The notes beneath the pieces are model-generated. The model saw nothing but the letters and a program-made list of their open reading frames with translations. It was not told the DNA's origin and ran no database searches. A stretch of 64,000 nt of DNA. Origin: an uncultured Bacteroidia bacterium (lineage in GTDB: Bacteria; Bacteroidota; Bacteroidia; Bacteroidales; F082). Made by a program: the position numbers and the translations under genes. How positions within the stretch are numbered: position 1 is the stretch's first letter; each line of letters opens with the position of its first letter. Positions 34,545 through 44,196 of the stretch are shown one piece after another. The stretch covers positions 50,603 through 114,602 of the forward strand of contig CADBZW010000020.1 of the NCBI GenBank assembly GCA_902799345.1. The letters run 5' to 3'.

Positions 34545-36218
34545 ATGAAGGCAGATCATATCATAAAAAACGCAAAAATCTTCACGGCGGACAAAGACAA
34601 TCCGCAAGCGACTGCCATTGTCGTGAAGGATGGCAAATTCGTCTACGTGGGCGACGAGGCTGGCCTTTCAGCGTATGAGGGCGAAGTCACCGACCTCGGC
34701 GGGAAATTCATCATGCCGGGCATCATCGACACCCATGTGCATATCACGACAGGCACCGCATTCGAGTATGCTGATTTGGGCGTGTACGTCCCATGCAACA
34801 GCAAAAAGGAAGCCTTGGCTTTTATGTCGGAACATATCGCCAAAAACCCCGGACTGGAGCCTTACAGATTCATGTTGGAGCGAGCAGCCCTGAATGGAGA
34901 AGAACTCTTGAAAGAGGACCTCGACACCATCTGCCCCGACAACGGACTCGTAATCCTGGAAGGCGAAGCGCATAGCGTTTGGGTGAACTCCAAGATGCTC
35001 GCGCAACACGGCATCAACGACAACACGCCCGACCCCGTGCCCGGGCTTGCCTATTACGTGCGCAAGGACGGCCACGTGACCGGAAACGCCTTTGAATCGG
35101 CAAGCTGGCCCTTCCTCTTCGACCAATTGAGAAAGAGCCTGACCAATGAACAGATAGGGACAGCGGTCTCGCGTTGGATCGATTTCTCCAAGGAATACGG
35201 CATAAGCGCTGTTTTTGATGCCGGATTCCCTGAGCACAACGACATCCACGAGCGGATCTACGCCTATATGCGCGATTTGGACAGACAAGGCAAATTGCCG
35301 GTTTACGTTGACGGATGCTATATCCTCACGAATCCGAAAAAGGTGAAGGAAGCCCTGGAAGAAACGAAGCGTTTCAACCGCGAGTTTACCACCGAGCACC
35401 TGAAAGTGCATACATTGAAGATTATGATGGATGGCACCCTGAAGATTGAGACTGCGGCAATGGTGACGCCATACGAAGACACCGGAGCGGTTGGAGCCAC
35501 AACCTTCACTGCCGAGGAAATCGCGGAAATCCTCAAGGAACTCAACAAGGCCGGACTTGACCTTCACGTGCATTGTGTCGGCGAACGCTCGTCGCGCGTG
35601 GTCCTTGACGGCGTTGAATTAGCCAAGAAGGAACTGGGCGACGACTTCCGTGTGAAGGTCACCTGCTGCCATCTTTGGGTTCAGGACGATGCCGACCTCT
35701 CACGTTTCGCGGAACTTGGCGTGATTGCCAACTACACGCCCGCATGGCACAACGGAAACATGGGCTTGGGCTGCGAACCTTCAGAATTCTGGCCCAACCT
35801 GATTGGCGAGAACCGCGCCAAGAAAATGTTCCGCAGCAAGACCGTCTGGGACAGTGGCGCACTGGTGACCTGGTCAAGCGACGACGTCGACTTCGGCGAG
35901 TTCCTGACCTGGAACCCGTATTATGGCATGGAAATCGGCATGACTCGCTGGATCAACGAGAAGACAAAGATCATGGAAAGCCAAAGGACGCTTAAACCGC
36001 TTGAACCCGCCAATGAGAGAATGAGCATTGAGGAAATGATCCTTGGCTACACCATCAACGGCGCCAAGCAGTTAGGCATCGAAGCCAACAAAGGCTCCAT
36101 CGCCGTCGGCAAGGACGCGGACTTCTTGGTGTTCGACAACGACCTGCTCACGGCGGAGCATGAGGGCTTCAGCCACAACATGCCGAAGGAAGTGTATTTC
36201 GGCGGAAAGAAGATGTAA
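34545..36218 (+). CDS. Amidohydrolase-family metallohydrolase, copy 2 (close paralogue of 31873-33525)
   Basis: The N-terminal ~65 aa and C-terminal ~70 aa are nearly identical to copy 1. The HxH site is IIDTHVHI. Confidence 0.85.
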   Translation: MKADHIIKNAKIFTADKDNPQATAIVVKDGKFVYVGDEAGLSAYEGEVTDLGGKFIMPGIIDTHVHITTGTAFEYADLGVYVPCNSKKEALAFMSEHIAKNPGLEPYRFMLERAALNGEELLKEDLDTICPDNGLVILEGEAHSVWVNSKMLAQHGINDNTPDPVPGLAYYVRKDGHVTGNAFESASWPFLFDQLRKSLTNEQIGTAVSRWIDFSKEYGISAVFDAGFPEHNDIHERIYAYMRDLDRQGKLPVYVDGCYILTNPKKVKEALEETKRFNREFTTEHLKVHTLKIMMDGTLKIETAAMVTPYEDTGAVGATTFTAEEIAEILKELNKAGLDLHVHCVGERSSRVVLDGVELAKKELGDDFRVKVTCCHLWVQDDADLSRFAELGVIANYTPAWHNGNMGLGCEPSEFWPNLIGENRAKKMFRSKTVWDSGALVTWSSDDVDFGEFLTWNPYYGMEIGMTRWINEKTKIMESQRTLKPLEPANERMSIEEMILGYTINGAKQLGIEANKGSIAVGKDADFLVFDNDLLTAEHEGFSHNMPKEVYFGGKKM

Positions 36219-37588
36219 TGTCAGCAAAGGATTCGACATATCAGCTTCCGCAACGTTATTCCTTCAAATCCATCTGGAAGACTACATTCCCCATCCTTGT
36301 AGCCTTAGTGATGGAGGAGTTGCTGGGCATGACCGACACGGCCTTTCTTGGCCGTGTCGGTGAGGTTGAATTGGGCGCCTCGGCCATTGCGGGTGTGTAT
36401 TTCAGCATTCTGTACATGCTCGGCTTTGGCTTCTCCATTGGTGTCCAAATCATCATCGGTTGGCGCAACGGAGAGGCTAATGAGAACGGGAAAGGCTTTG
36501 ATTCCATCGGGCGTGTTTTCTGGCAGGGCATCTGGTTCCTGGCAGCCTTGGCGCTCGTGACCATCGTCCTGTCGCACTTCCTGTCGCCGCCGCTTCTTCG
36601 GTCGCTCCTGAAATCGGATAACATTTTTGAAGCCGCCAAAATCTATGTTGATTGGCGACTTCCCGGATTGCTCTTTGCCTTTATGACAGCGCTGTTCCGT
36701 GCTTTCTATGTTGGGACGCGGAAAACAGCCTGCCTCACATGGAATTCCATTGTATTGGTAAGCTGCAACGTCCTGTTGGACTGGTTGCTCATCTTCGGCC
36801 ACTGGGGGCTGCCCGCCATGGGCATCAAGGGAGCCGCGTTGGCATCGACCATTTCGGAAGGCATTTCGTTGCTTTTCTTTGTGATATGGGCTGGCTTTAC
36901 GGCCGATAAGAAATATGGTCTTCAGAAGCCCGTCAAACCCGTGTGGAAGGAACTCAGGCGCATGCTCTCCACCGCCTCTTGGGTGATGGTGGAGTATGTG
37001 CTGAACATCTCGGTGTGGCTGTTTTTCTTCCTCTTCATCGAGCATTTGGGCGAGGAGCAGTTGGCTATTGCCAATATCGTCCGAAGCATTTCCGAGGTGC
37101 CGTTTGTATTTTCGGCGGCCTTTGCCTCTACTGCGGCAACGTTGGTGAGCAACATCATCGGCGAGGGTCATCCCGAAGGCGTGATTCCCATTATCCGGCG
37201 GGTAGTCATACTCTGTGCTCTGACCATGCTGCCGCTGCTGGCCGTCTTCGCCATTTTCCCGCATTGGATTATCAGCCTCTTCACCGACATCCCCTCATTG
37301 GTCGAAGGGTCCGTTGCCACGCTTTGGGTGATGTGCGCCGCCACCCTCGTCACGCTGCCATGGAATGTGTATCTGCAATCGGTGGCCGGAACCGGAGACA
37401 CACGGATATGCCTCCGTTTTGATGTGGTGGCTTTGTGCATCTACGCCGTGTACTGCACCATCATCATCGGCATCCTCAAATCCAGTATAGCGTTGTGCTG
37501 GACCGCAGATGGCATCTATTCGCTTTGCATCTGGATCCAGTGTATCGTGTACATCCACGGGAAAAAATGGCACAAAAAGACAATATAA
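36218..37588 (+). CDS. MATE-family efflux transporter
   Basis: About 12 hydrophobic helices are present. The N-terminal ...PILVALVMEELLGMTDTAFLGRVGEVELGASAIAG... is typical of MATE. The start overlaps the upstream stop (TAATG). Confidence 0.85.
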   Translation: MSAKDSTYQLPQRYSFKSIWKTTFPILVALVMEELLGMTDTAFLGRVGEVELGASAIAGVYFSILYMLGFGFSIGVQIIIGWRNGEANENGKGFDSIGRVFWQGIWFLAALALVTIVLSHFLSPPLLRSLLKSDNIFEAAKIYVDWRLPGLLFAFMTALFRAFYVGTRKTACLTWNSIVLVSCNVLLDWLLIFGHWGLPAMGIKGAALASTISEGISLLFFVIWAGFTADKKYGLQKPVKPVWKELRRMLSTASWVMVEYVLNISVWLFFFLFIEHLGEEQLAIANIVRSISEVPFVFSAAFASTAATLVSNIIGEGHPEGVIPIIRRVVILCALTMLPLLAVFAIFPHWIISLFTDIPSLVEGSVATLWVMCAATLVTLPWNVYLQSVAGTGDTRICLRFDVVALCIYAVYCTIIIGILKSSIALCWTADGIYSLCIWIQCIVYIHGKKWHKKTI

Positions 37589-37627
37589 TTTGATTTTGAG
37601 CAGTTACTAAACAAAGAACCTAACAAT

Positions 37628-38275
37628 ATGCGTAAACATAGAATCGTCAAATTATTTGAGTCAAGGAAAGGTCATCTTGATTCACGAGTGATGCAGGATT
37701 ATATCAGTAATGGAATCGCCACCATTCCCTGCCGCGTTTCCGACTACTACGATATCATCAGCACCTATAGCATCAAGAATTTTGAGACACTGGATACGGG
37801 CTTCGTGGAGTATCTTAAAATATCCGCCGAGGTGATACCGTCCGAATACCCCCTTGTCTTGGAATTCGTTGAAGACACCCTGTCGCAGGAAGAAAAGAAG
37901 ACCATCACAGAAACCATCCGCGAGTATTTCGCCTATAATCTCGGCATGGTGGAAAAGGACTTGAAGCGACATACGAAAAGGTTCATCCTTATGTGTTTCG
38001 GCATGATTCTGTCTGGTGTGTTGCTGTGGCTTTCGCAAGAAATGGCAGAGGTGCCGCGCGAAATGTTCTATGTCCTGTTCTGGTTTTTGGGCGACACCTT
38101 GTGCGACTATATCTTCCTGACAGGGTACGATCTCCGCAAGGACAAGCGGACGGCCGGACGGCTTGCGAGTGTCAAAGTGAAGTTCTCCAAACACTTCGAC
38201 GAGTCCGACTACACGGAAAAAGAAGTGGACAAATTGTATTCCGAAGTTGAAAAAGACGTAAAAGAAACACTATAA
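37628..38275 (+). CDS. Hypothetical membrane protein (215 aa, two central TM helices)
   Basis: The hydrophobic stretches are FILMCFGMILSGVLLWL and FYVLFWFLGDTLCDYIFL. The gene lies inside the hydrolase operon. Confidence 0.55.
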   Translation: MRKHRIVKLFESRKGHLDSRVMQDYISNGIATIPCRVSDYYDIISTYSIKNFETLDTGFVEYLKISAEVIPSEYPLVLEFVEDTLSQEEKKTITETIREYFAYNLGMVEKDLKRHTKRFILMCFGMILSGVLLWLSQEMAEVPREMFYVLFWFLGDTLCDYIFLTGYDLRKDKRTAGRLASVKVKFSKHFDESDYTEKEVDKLYSEVEKDVKETL

Positions 38276-38302
38276 AATACACAAAGCATAAAAATTGAAA
38301 TT

Positions 38303-39928
38303 ATGAAAGCAGAGAAAATTATTCTTGGGAATGTCATCACAATGGATGCGTTCAAACCCTATGCTGAAGCTATAGCGGTGGCCGATGGAAAAATCATCTA
38401 TGTCGGAAGCAAGGATGCTGCCATGAAACTTCAGGGGGACAAGACCATGGTTTTGGATTATGGGAGCAATACCATTTATCCGGGTTTCCTTGAGGCACAT
38501 TGCCATCCCGGATTTGCAGGTAATATCATGTTCGGCAGGGCCAACCTGGCAGAAGGAAACACGCCAGAGGACTACCTGGCCATTCTGAAAAAGTATGTGG
38601 AAGAAAATCAGGATAAACCACACATTGTGGGTTCGGGCTGGGCAGACGATCTGCTGTATCAGCTCAATGCCAAGCAATTGGACCAGATATGTCCGGACAA
38701 GCCCATGATCAATCAAAGCAGCAGCGGCCACATGATGTGGGTCAACACCAAGGCTATGGAGGCCTTCGACATCAATGAAGAAGCCGTGAAACAGTGGGGG
38801 ACAGAATGTATCCATGTAGATGAGAATGGCAAGCCGAATGGCCTGCTTGCCGAAAAGCCCGCCATCGATCTGGTCAAGAGGGTCCAGCCGGATCTTGCGC
38901 AGGCGAAGAAGGAGCTGCTGGGCTTCCAGCAATACGCTTTTTCAAACGGGTATACGGGTGTATACGACGCCGGTTACCAGCTTCTGACCAAGCATGACCC
39001 CCGTGCCTACAAGGAGCTTGACGATGAAGGCAAGCTGAAGATGTATTCCTTCTGTGGCAGTTTCGTCAACGACAACACAGATACCCCTGAAGAGGACATG
39101 GATAGGATTGCTCAGGAGGCAAAGGAATATAACGGCAAGCATGTGAAGGTAATCGGCGCCAAGGTCTTTGCCGATGGCGTTGTGGAAGGACATACCGCAT
39201 GGATGCTGGACGACTATGTGGATAAACCGGGGTACAAAGGCGTAAGAAGATTCGATGACCATGACAAGATGGTAAGACTCGTCAAGGCGGCAGCGACGCA
39301 CCAGTTGAACGTTCACATCCATTCCATCGGCGACGGCGCCACCCGGGCATGGATCGACGCTATTGCCGAGGCGCAGACCGAAGTGGGCAATTTCGACATG
39401 AGAAATGCCCTCGCACATCTGCAAGAAGTGACTCCAGAAGATGTGAAGAGAATCGGTGAATATAACATTATGGCCGTATGCGGTATCATGTGGGCCATCA
39501 AGCATCCTGCCGGCTTTCCGCAGGAGGTTGCCTATGTGGGCGAAGAGAAGTCCAACAATGCCTATCCGGTCAAATCCATCATGGACGGAGGCGGCGTGGT
39601 TGCCAACCATTCAGACTACCCTGTATCCCCCCTGTTCAGTGCCGTCCAGGCATTCTGCATGGGAGTATTGAAGAAGCTGCCGTCATATCCTGACGAATAT
39701 ATCAGAAATATTGACCAGGCTGTCAGCCGGTATGAAGCACTGCAAACCCTGACAAGCAATGTGGCCTACATGTGGCATGAAGAGAACAGGATGGGGTCCA
39801 TCAGCATAGGCAAGCTCGCCAACTTCGCTGTCTTGGACCGTGACTTCATGCACGACGATTTTGCAGAGATTGAGAAGGCCAACATCATCGCCACCATCGT
39901 GGACGGCGAGGAAGTCTATTCACGTTAA
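38303..39928 (+). CDS. Amidohydrolase-family metallohydrolase, copy 3 (divergent)
   Basis: Contains YPGFLEAHCHPG (HxH), HIHSIGDGA, and the C-terminal GKLANFAVLDRDF. Confidence 0.85.
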   Translation: MKAEKIILGNVITMDAFKPYAEAIAVADGKIIYVGSKDAAMKLQGDKTMVLDYGSNTIYPGFLEAHCHPGFAGNIMFGRANLAEGNTPEDYLAILKKYVEENQDKPHIVGSGWADDLLYQLNAKQLDQICPDKPMINQSSSGHMMWVNTKAMEAFDINEEAVKQWGTECIHVDENGKPNGLLAEKPAIDLVKRVQPDLAQAKKELLGFQQYAFSNGYTGVYDAGYQLLTKHDPRAYKELDDEGKLKMYSFCGSFVNDNTDTPEEDMDRIAQEAKEYNGKHVKVIGAKVFADGVVEGHTAWMLDDYVDKPGYKGVRRFDDHDKMVRLVKAAATHQLNVHIHSIGDGATRAWIDAIAEAQTEVGNFDMRNALAHLQEVTPEDVKRIGEYNIMAVCGIMWAIKHPAGFPQEVAYVGEEKSNNAYPVKSIMDGGGVVANHSDYPVSPLFSAVQAFCMGVLKKLPSYPDEYIRNIDQAVSRYEALQTLTSNVAYMWHEENRMGSISIGKLANFAVLDRDFMHDDFAEIEKANIIATIVDGEEVYSR

Positions 39929-39970
39929 TTACATAACAACTAACAAGTTTATCTATACAAGAAGAACTTT

Positions 39971-40522
39971 ATGATTTTTAAAGAACTCACACCTAATCAC
40001 CCCGACATTCCTGCGGTCAAAAAACTATTCGAGGAGTCATTCCCTGAGAATGAGCGCACCATGAGCATGGACGTCATCCTCGCAAACCTAAAGCTGATGC
40101 CCATCAAGCTACTTGGCATCTATCCCGAAGAAACCCCCGACACCTTTGCCGGATTTTTCCTAACGGCTGAGGGCGAAACAAGCGTTTATCTGACTTATCT
40201 CGCCATCTGTCCCGAACAGCGTTCGAGCGGCATAGGCGGCAAGGCCATGAGCGCCATCAGGGAATACTATAAAGGCAAAACGCTCCTGTTTTCATACGAA
40301 AGCCCCTTTGAAGAAAGCGACAACGCCGAGCAGCGCGAAAGAAGACGCAAATTCCATCTGAGGAATGGCTTTTATGAGACCGGCTGGTTCGCAAAGCTGA
40401 ATGGCACCGAGTTTATCATTGCCTGCTCCAAAGAAGACTTCGACAAAGACGAGTTCTTGTCGTTCATGGCAGGCATGATGCCCGCAGGAGCCCCTATTCC
40501 GGAATTGTACAGACGCGGCTGA
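39971..40522 (+). CDS. GNAT-family N-acetyltransferase
   Basis: The acetyl-CoA motif is LAICPEQRSSGIGGKAMSAI. The size is 183 aa. Confidence 0.75.
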   Translation: MIFKELTPNHPDIPAVKKLFEESFPENERTMSMDVILANLKLMPIKLLGIYPEETPDTFAGFFLTAEGETSVYLTYLAICPEQRSSGIGGKAMSAIREYYKGKTLLFSYESPFEESDNAEQRERRRKFHLRNGFYETGWFAKLNGTEFIIACSKEDFDKDEFLSFMAGMMPAGAPIPELYRRG

Positions 40523-40549
40523 CAAACCAACCTGTTCGTAAACGAAAGA

Positions 40550-40579
40550 AGCTACGGGACAATCCAATGTCCCGTAGCT
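40550..40579 (+). terminator. 12-bp perfect hairpin closing the hydrolase operon
   Basis: The sequence is AGCTACGGGACA-atccaa-TGTCCCGTAGCT. The downstream U-tract is weak. Confidence 0.5.
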
Positions 40580-40605
40580 ATTCCATCTAACTAATAACAA
40601 CAATC

Positions 40606-41169
40606 ATGCAAACAAGATTCAAAGAGAGAGGCAAAGTCATAGACATCGTGATTACCGCCTTGGCCGTCATGCTTTCGGTGGGCACGATGCTTTACGGCAT
40701 CTTTCATTACGGCCTCAAGGACACCTGGCCCGAACTGGTGCTCAACATCTTCTACATCGCCTGTGTGGTGATGATTTGGATGTATTTCTTCAACCGTCTC
40801 CAAGCAAAGCAGTTCAACTATTGGTGCACCATATCCGTCGGCATCACGGTGATGTTGCGCGATATTCTTTTCCCGCCACAGCTGGCTTACCACCCCATCA
40901 GCTTAGCATGTTTAACACTGTCGGTGGCATTAATCATCCTACTGACCTACTTTTATGCCCGCAAAGACTGGAAGAGCTACACCAAGCGGAACCTTTGGCT
41001 GATTTGCATCATCGACATGCTCATCGCCTTACTTTATAACATCGACATCCTTCTTGAGCCTACCGATGAATTCACCGCGTATTTGCTCACCGAAATCTGG
41101 ATACGCCCGACCATCACCTACGGGCTTGTAGCCTGTTTCGTGGCGGAGACCAAAAAAAGCAACAAATAA
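40606..41169 (+). CDS. Hypothetical polytopic membrane protein (187 aa)
   Basis: Five or six hydrophobic helices are present. No recognisable motif was seen. Confidence 0.6.
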   Translation: MQTRFKERGKVIDIVITALAVMLSVGTMLYGIFHYGLKDTWPELVLNIFYIACVVMIWMYFFNRLQAKQFNYWCTISVGITVMLRDILFPPQLAYHPISLACLTLSVALIILLTYFYARKDWKSYTKRNLWLICIIDMLIALLYNIDILLEPTDEFTAYLLTEIWIRPTITYGLVACFVAETKKSNK

Positions 41170-41198
41170 GTATATGAGCAGGTTTAGTTTACATAAAA

Positions 41199-41278
41199 GA
41201 CGCGAGACCCGAGACTGCGAGACGCGAGTCTTTGGACTTGTCCCGTGTCCCGAAGTCCCGCGTCCCGTGTCCCGTGTC
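41199..41278. repeat. 7-8 nt periodic GC-rich word repeat (GAGAC- then GTCCCG-type)
   Basis: The run is gacgcGAGACccGAGACtgcGAGACgcGAGTCtttGGACTtGTCCCGtGTCCCGaaGTCCCGcGTCCCGtGTCCCGtgtc, directly upstream of the MscS-family gene. Confidence 0.85.
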
Positions 41279-41315
41279 AAAAGAATATACAGTTTAATTT
41301 GAATAGTTACTTATC

Positions 41316-44138
41316 ATGAAAAAGTGCAAAGTTGTATACATTCTTGCGGCATTGTTAGCCATTGCCGTGCCGGCCTTGGCCGTTTTCACCGGGATGGATT
41401 TGGACGCCACCTTGGCCAACCTGCGGCGCGAACTGTTCCAAGACTACCAGCAAATCTCACAAACGCAAGACGAGTTGAAGAACCATTACGAAGGGCAGCA
41501 CCAGAAGATGGTGGAGATTGCGAAGAAATGCAACGACCTGCCACTGATGCTGTATTCCCAAAAGCAGGACTACACCTTCGACATCAGCTATGCGTTGGAG
41601 AAAGTGACCCAGGAATACGAGGACTTCAACAAGAACCGCACGCCCTACGACCGCGCCGTGACGAAGCTGAACATCGAAATCGACCGCTATGCGCGACTTA
41701 TTGAAGCACTGCGCCGCCTTCCTCCCGAGTTGAAGGAAGTGGAACTGGTGCCCGACAGCCTCGCCTATCATAACGACACACTGGACGCCCACTTGCAACA
41801 CAACGAAAGCCTCTTGGAGCAAAAACTGTATGAGCAGGTGAACCTCGTCATGGCCTTCATTGCATCACAAGACACATTGGCCAGCGACTCGTTGGCCATC
41901 GGCGACAGCCTTGCCTATTTCGACGACACAATTGATGCCCTGCTGGCTCACAACGAAACCCTCATGCAAGAGGAGCAGCCTGAGCAGGAGGACACCCTTG
42001 TTGCCCCGATGGCGGTGCAGGACACAGTTGCCAAAGAGGGAAGCACTTCGCCGTTCATCCTGAGCGAAATGGGGCAGATGGAACGCGACTCGTGCATTTT
42101 CTACGCTTCGCAACTGCTGCGAATCTATGCCCAGACGCGCGAAGTGGTCATGGCCGACAGCACCTACTACATCGAAGCCTGGCTGCGCATGAAAGAATCC
42201 TACGACTACGCTCAGGATTACTACAAGATCCTTCAGAAAAACGTGTTCGTGGACGGCCAAACTCCTTGGGGAACAATCCTGATGAACCCAGGTACCTATT
42301 GGCGACAGGCCAAAAACGCCATGGCCGAGAAATTCTCCTCGAATTTCTTCCAAAAATGGTCAAACGACGGCGAATCAGGCGAAAACACCAAGGACAGTCG
42401 TTTCAACAACTCGACCACACTGTTTTGGCTGGTGGTTTATATTTTATCCTTCTTCGTCATTTGGGGCATTGCCGCCTTGCTGATGCGGCTTGTCTACCGT
42501 TTCGTGAAACCATTAAATCGGGCAGTGGCCAAAGAACAAAAGCGTTATATCGCCCTTTTGCTGGCCTGCGTCCTGTTTATCGTCCTCAGTTACGAATCCA
42601 CGTCGGACGACAGGACGGCCAAGGCCCTCAGCTTGGCGCACACCTTCATCTGCCTGCTGATGTCCATTACGACGGCGCAGCTCATCCGTTTGGAACCCCA
42701 AAACCTCAAACACGGCATTCGAAGCTACCTGTCCACTATTTTCACGGCACTCTTCGTCATCAGCTGTCGGGCGCTTTTCCTGCCCAACGCCTTCCTGAAT
42801 TTCATCTTCCCTCCCCTTCTGCTGATTATGACCGTGTGGCAGTTGATCTCCAATCTGCGACGGAGCAGGCTTTCGGAGAGGACCGATGCCATCATTGGCT
42901 GGTTCTCCTTTGGCATTACCGCCATTGCCATGCTCATCAGTTGGGCCGGCTACATTTTCATGGCACTCATCATCTTGGTTTGGTGGTTCTTCCTGCTGAC
43001 TGCCATCCTTGCCATTGCCACCATTTGGCACCTGCTACTATGGTACAAAGAGCATCGCCTCGACAAGCGAGTGGAAGACTACAAGGCCAAAATCACCTAT
43101 CTGTCAGGCGCAGCCAAGGAAAAGCTGTTGTTCTCAGCCACATGGTTCTACGACCTGATTCACGATGTAATTGTCCCGCTATTAGTGTTGATATTGTTCC
43201 CGTTGTGCATCCGATGGGCACTTAACATCTTTGAATTCAACGACTTGTATCGCCAAATTTTCATAGAGCCTTTCATCCAACACGATGGAGCCGACGGGTT
43301 TAGGGTGTCGTTGTATAACCTTCTGTTCCTTGCAGGGCTATTCTATGTGTTCCGCTACCTGAGCAAGGCCATCCGCACCATCTGGCAGCAGACCCAATAC
43401 AATCGCTTCCTCCGCAAGTACAACCGAAAAGCCATCCGCAACAACGAAATCAACCTCTCGTTGGGCAACAGCCTCATCAGCGTATCCGTTTGGTTTGTTT
43501 ATGTTTACATCTTCATCGTTACCCTTCAAATCCCCACCAGCTCTTTGGGGCTTATCGCAGGCGGTTTGTCAGCCGGTATCGGTATCGCGCTGAAGGACAT
43601 CATCAACAACTTCGTTTACGGCATCCAGCTCATGGGCGGACGTTTGCGGGTTGGCGACTGGATTGTGTGCGACGGCGTGCGTGGTGCGGTCACCGACATC
43701 AATTACCAAACCACCCAAGTGGAGACCATCGACGGCACCACCGTCTCTTTCCTCAATGCGGAGTTGTTTGCCAAGAGCTTCACCAACCTCACCAAGAGCG
43801 ACTCCTACGAGTTCCTCAGGGTGACTGTGAGCGTGGCTTACGGCACCGACATGCAACGCGTGCGCGACATCATTGTAGACGCCATGCAGGTGATGCGTAC
43901 CAAAGACGCCTACGGACGTGAAATCGTGGAGCCGAAGAAAGGCATCTATGTGGTACTCGGAGGGTTTGGCGACAGTGGTGTTGAAGTCTACGTAAAGCAA
44001 TATGTCTTGGCCGCCGAGCACATCGGTTACGCCGACCGTGCCAAGGAGGTCATCTACAACGCCCTGAACGCCAACGGCATCACCATTCCGTTCCCGCAGC
44101 GCGACTTGCATATTATTGCCGACAACAACGAGGAGTGA
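41316..44138 (+). CDS. MscS-family mechanosensitive channel, MscK-like large form (940 aa)
   Basis: A signal peptide and long periplasmic coiled-coil region are followed by ~10 TM helices. The MscS core is GLSAGIGIALKDIINNFVYGIQLMGGRLRVGDWI...GAVTDINYQTTQVETIDGTTVSF. Confidence 0.85.
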   Translation: MKKCKVVYILAALLAIAVPALAVFTGMDLDATLANLRRELFQDYQQISQTQDELKNHYEGQHQKMVEIAKKCNDLPLMLYSQKQDYTFDISYALEKVTQEYEDFNKNRTPYDRAVTKLNIEIDRYARLIEALRRLPPELKEVELVPDSLAYHNDTLDAHLQHNESLLEQKLYEQVNLVMAFIASQDTLASDSLAIGDSLAYFDDTIDALLAHNETLMQEEQPEQEDTLVAPMAVQDTVAKEGSTSPFILSEMGQMERDSCIFYASQLLRIYAQTREVVMADSTYYIEAWLRMKESYDYAQDYYKILQKNVFVDGQTPWGTILMNPGTYWRQAKNAMAEKFSSNFFQKWSNDGESGENTKDSRFNNSTTLFWLVVYILSFFVIWGIAALLMRLVYRFVKPLNRAVAKEQKRYIALLLACVLFIVLSYESTSDDRTAKALSLAHTFICLLMSITTAQLIRLEPQNLKHGIRSYLSTIFTALFVISCRALFLPNAFLNFIFPPLLLIMTVWQLISNLRRSRLSERTDAIIGWFSFGITAIAMLISWAGYIFMALIILVWWFFLLTAILAIATIWHLLLWYKEHRLDKRVEDYKAKITYLSGAAKEKLLFSATWFYDLIHDVIVPLLVLILFPLCIRWALNIFEFNDLYRQIFIEPFIQHDGADGFRVSLYNLLFLAGLFYVFRYLSKAIRTIWQQTQYNRFLRKYNRKAIRNNEINLSLGNSLISVSVWFVYVYIFIVTLQIPTSSLGLIAGGLSAGIGIALKDIINNFVYGIQLMGGRLRVGDWIVCDGVRGAVTDINYQTTQVETIDGTTVSFLNAELFAKSFTNLTKSDSYEFLRVTVSVAYGTDMQRVRDIIVDAMQVMRTKDAYGREIVEPKKGIYVVLGGFGDSGVEVYVKQYVLAAEHIGYADRAKEVIYNALNANGITIPFPQRDLHIIADNNEE

Positions 44139-44148
44139 TTCTACATGG

Positions 44149-44183
44149 TTAGAAGTTAGAAGTTTGCAGTTGTCAGTTGCTGG
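44149..44183. repeat. Five 7-nt units of GTTnnnn (AGTT-type periodic repeat)
   Basis: The units are GTTAGAA GTTAGAA GTTTGCA GTTGTCA GTTGCTG. Confidence 0.85.
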
Positions 44184-44196
44184 GCTTTATTATGGA

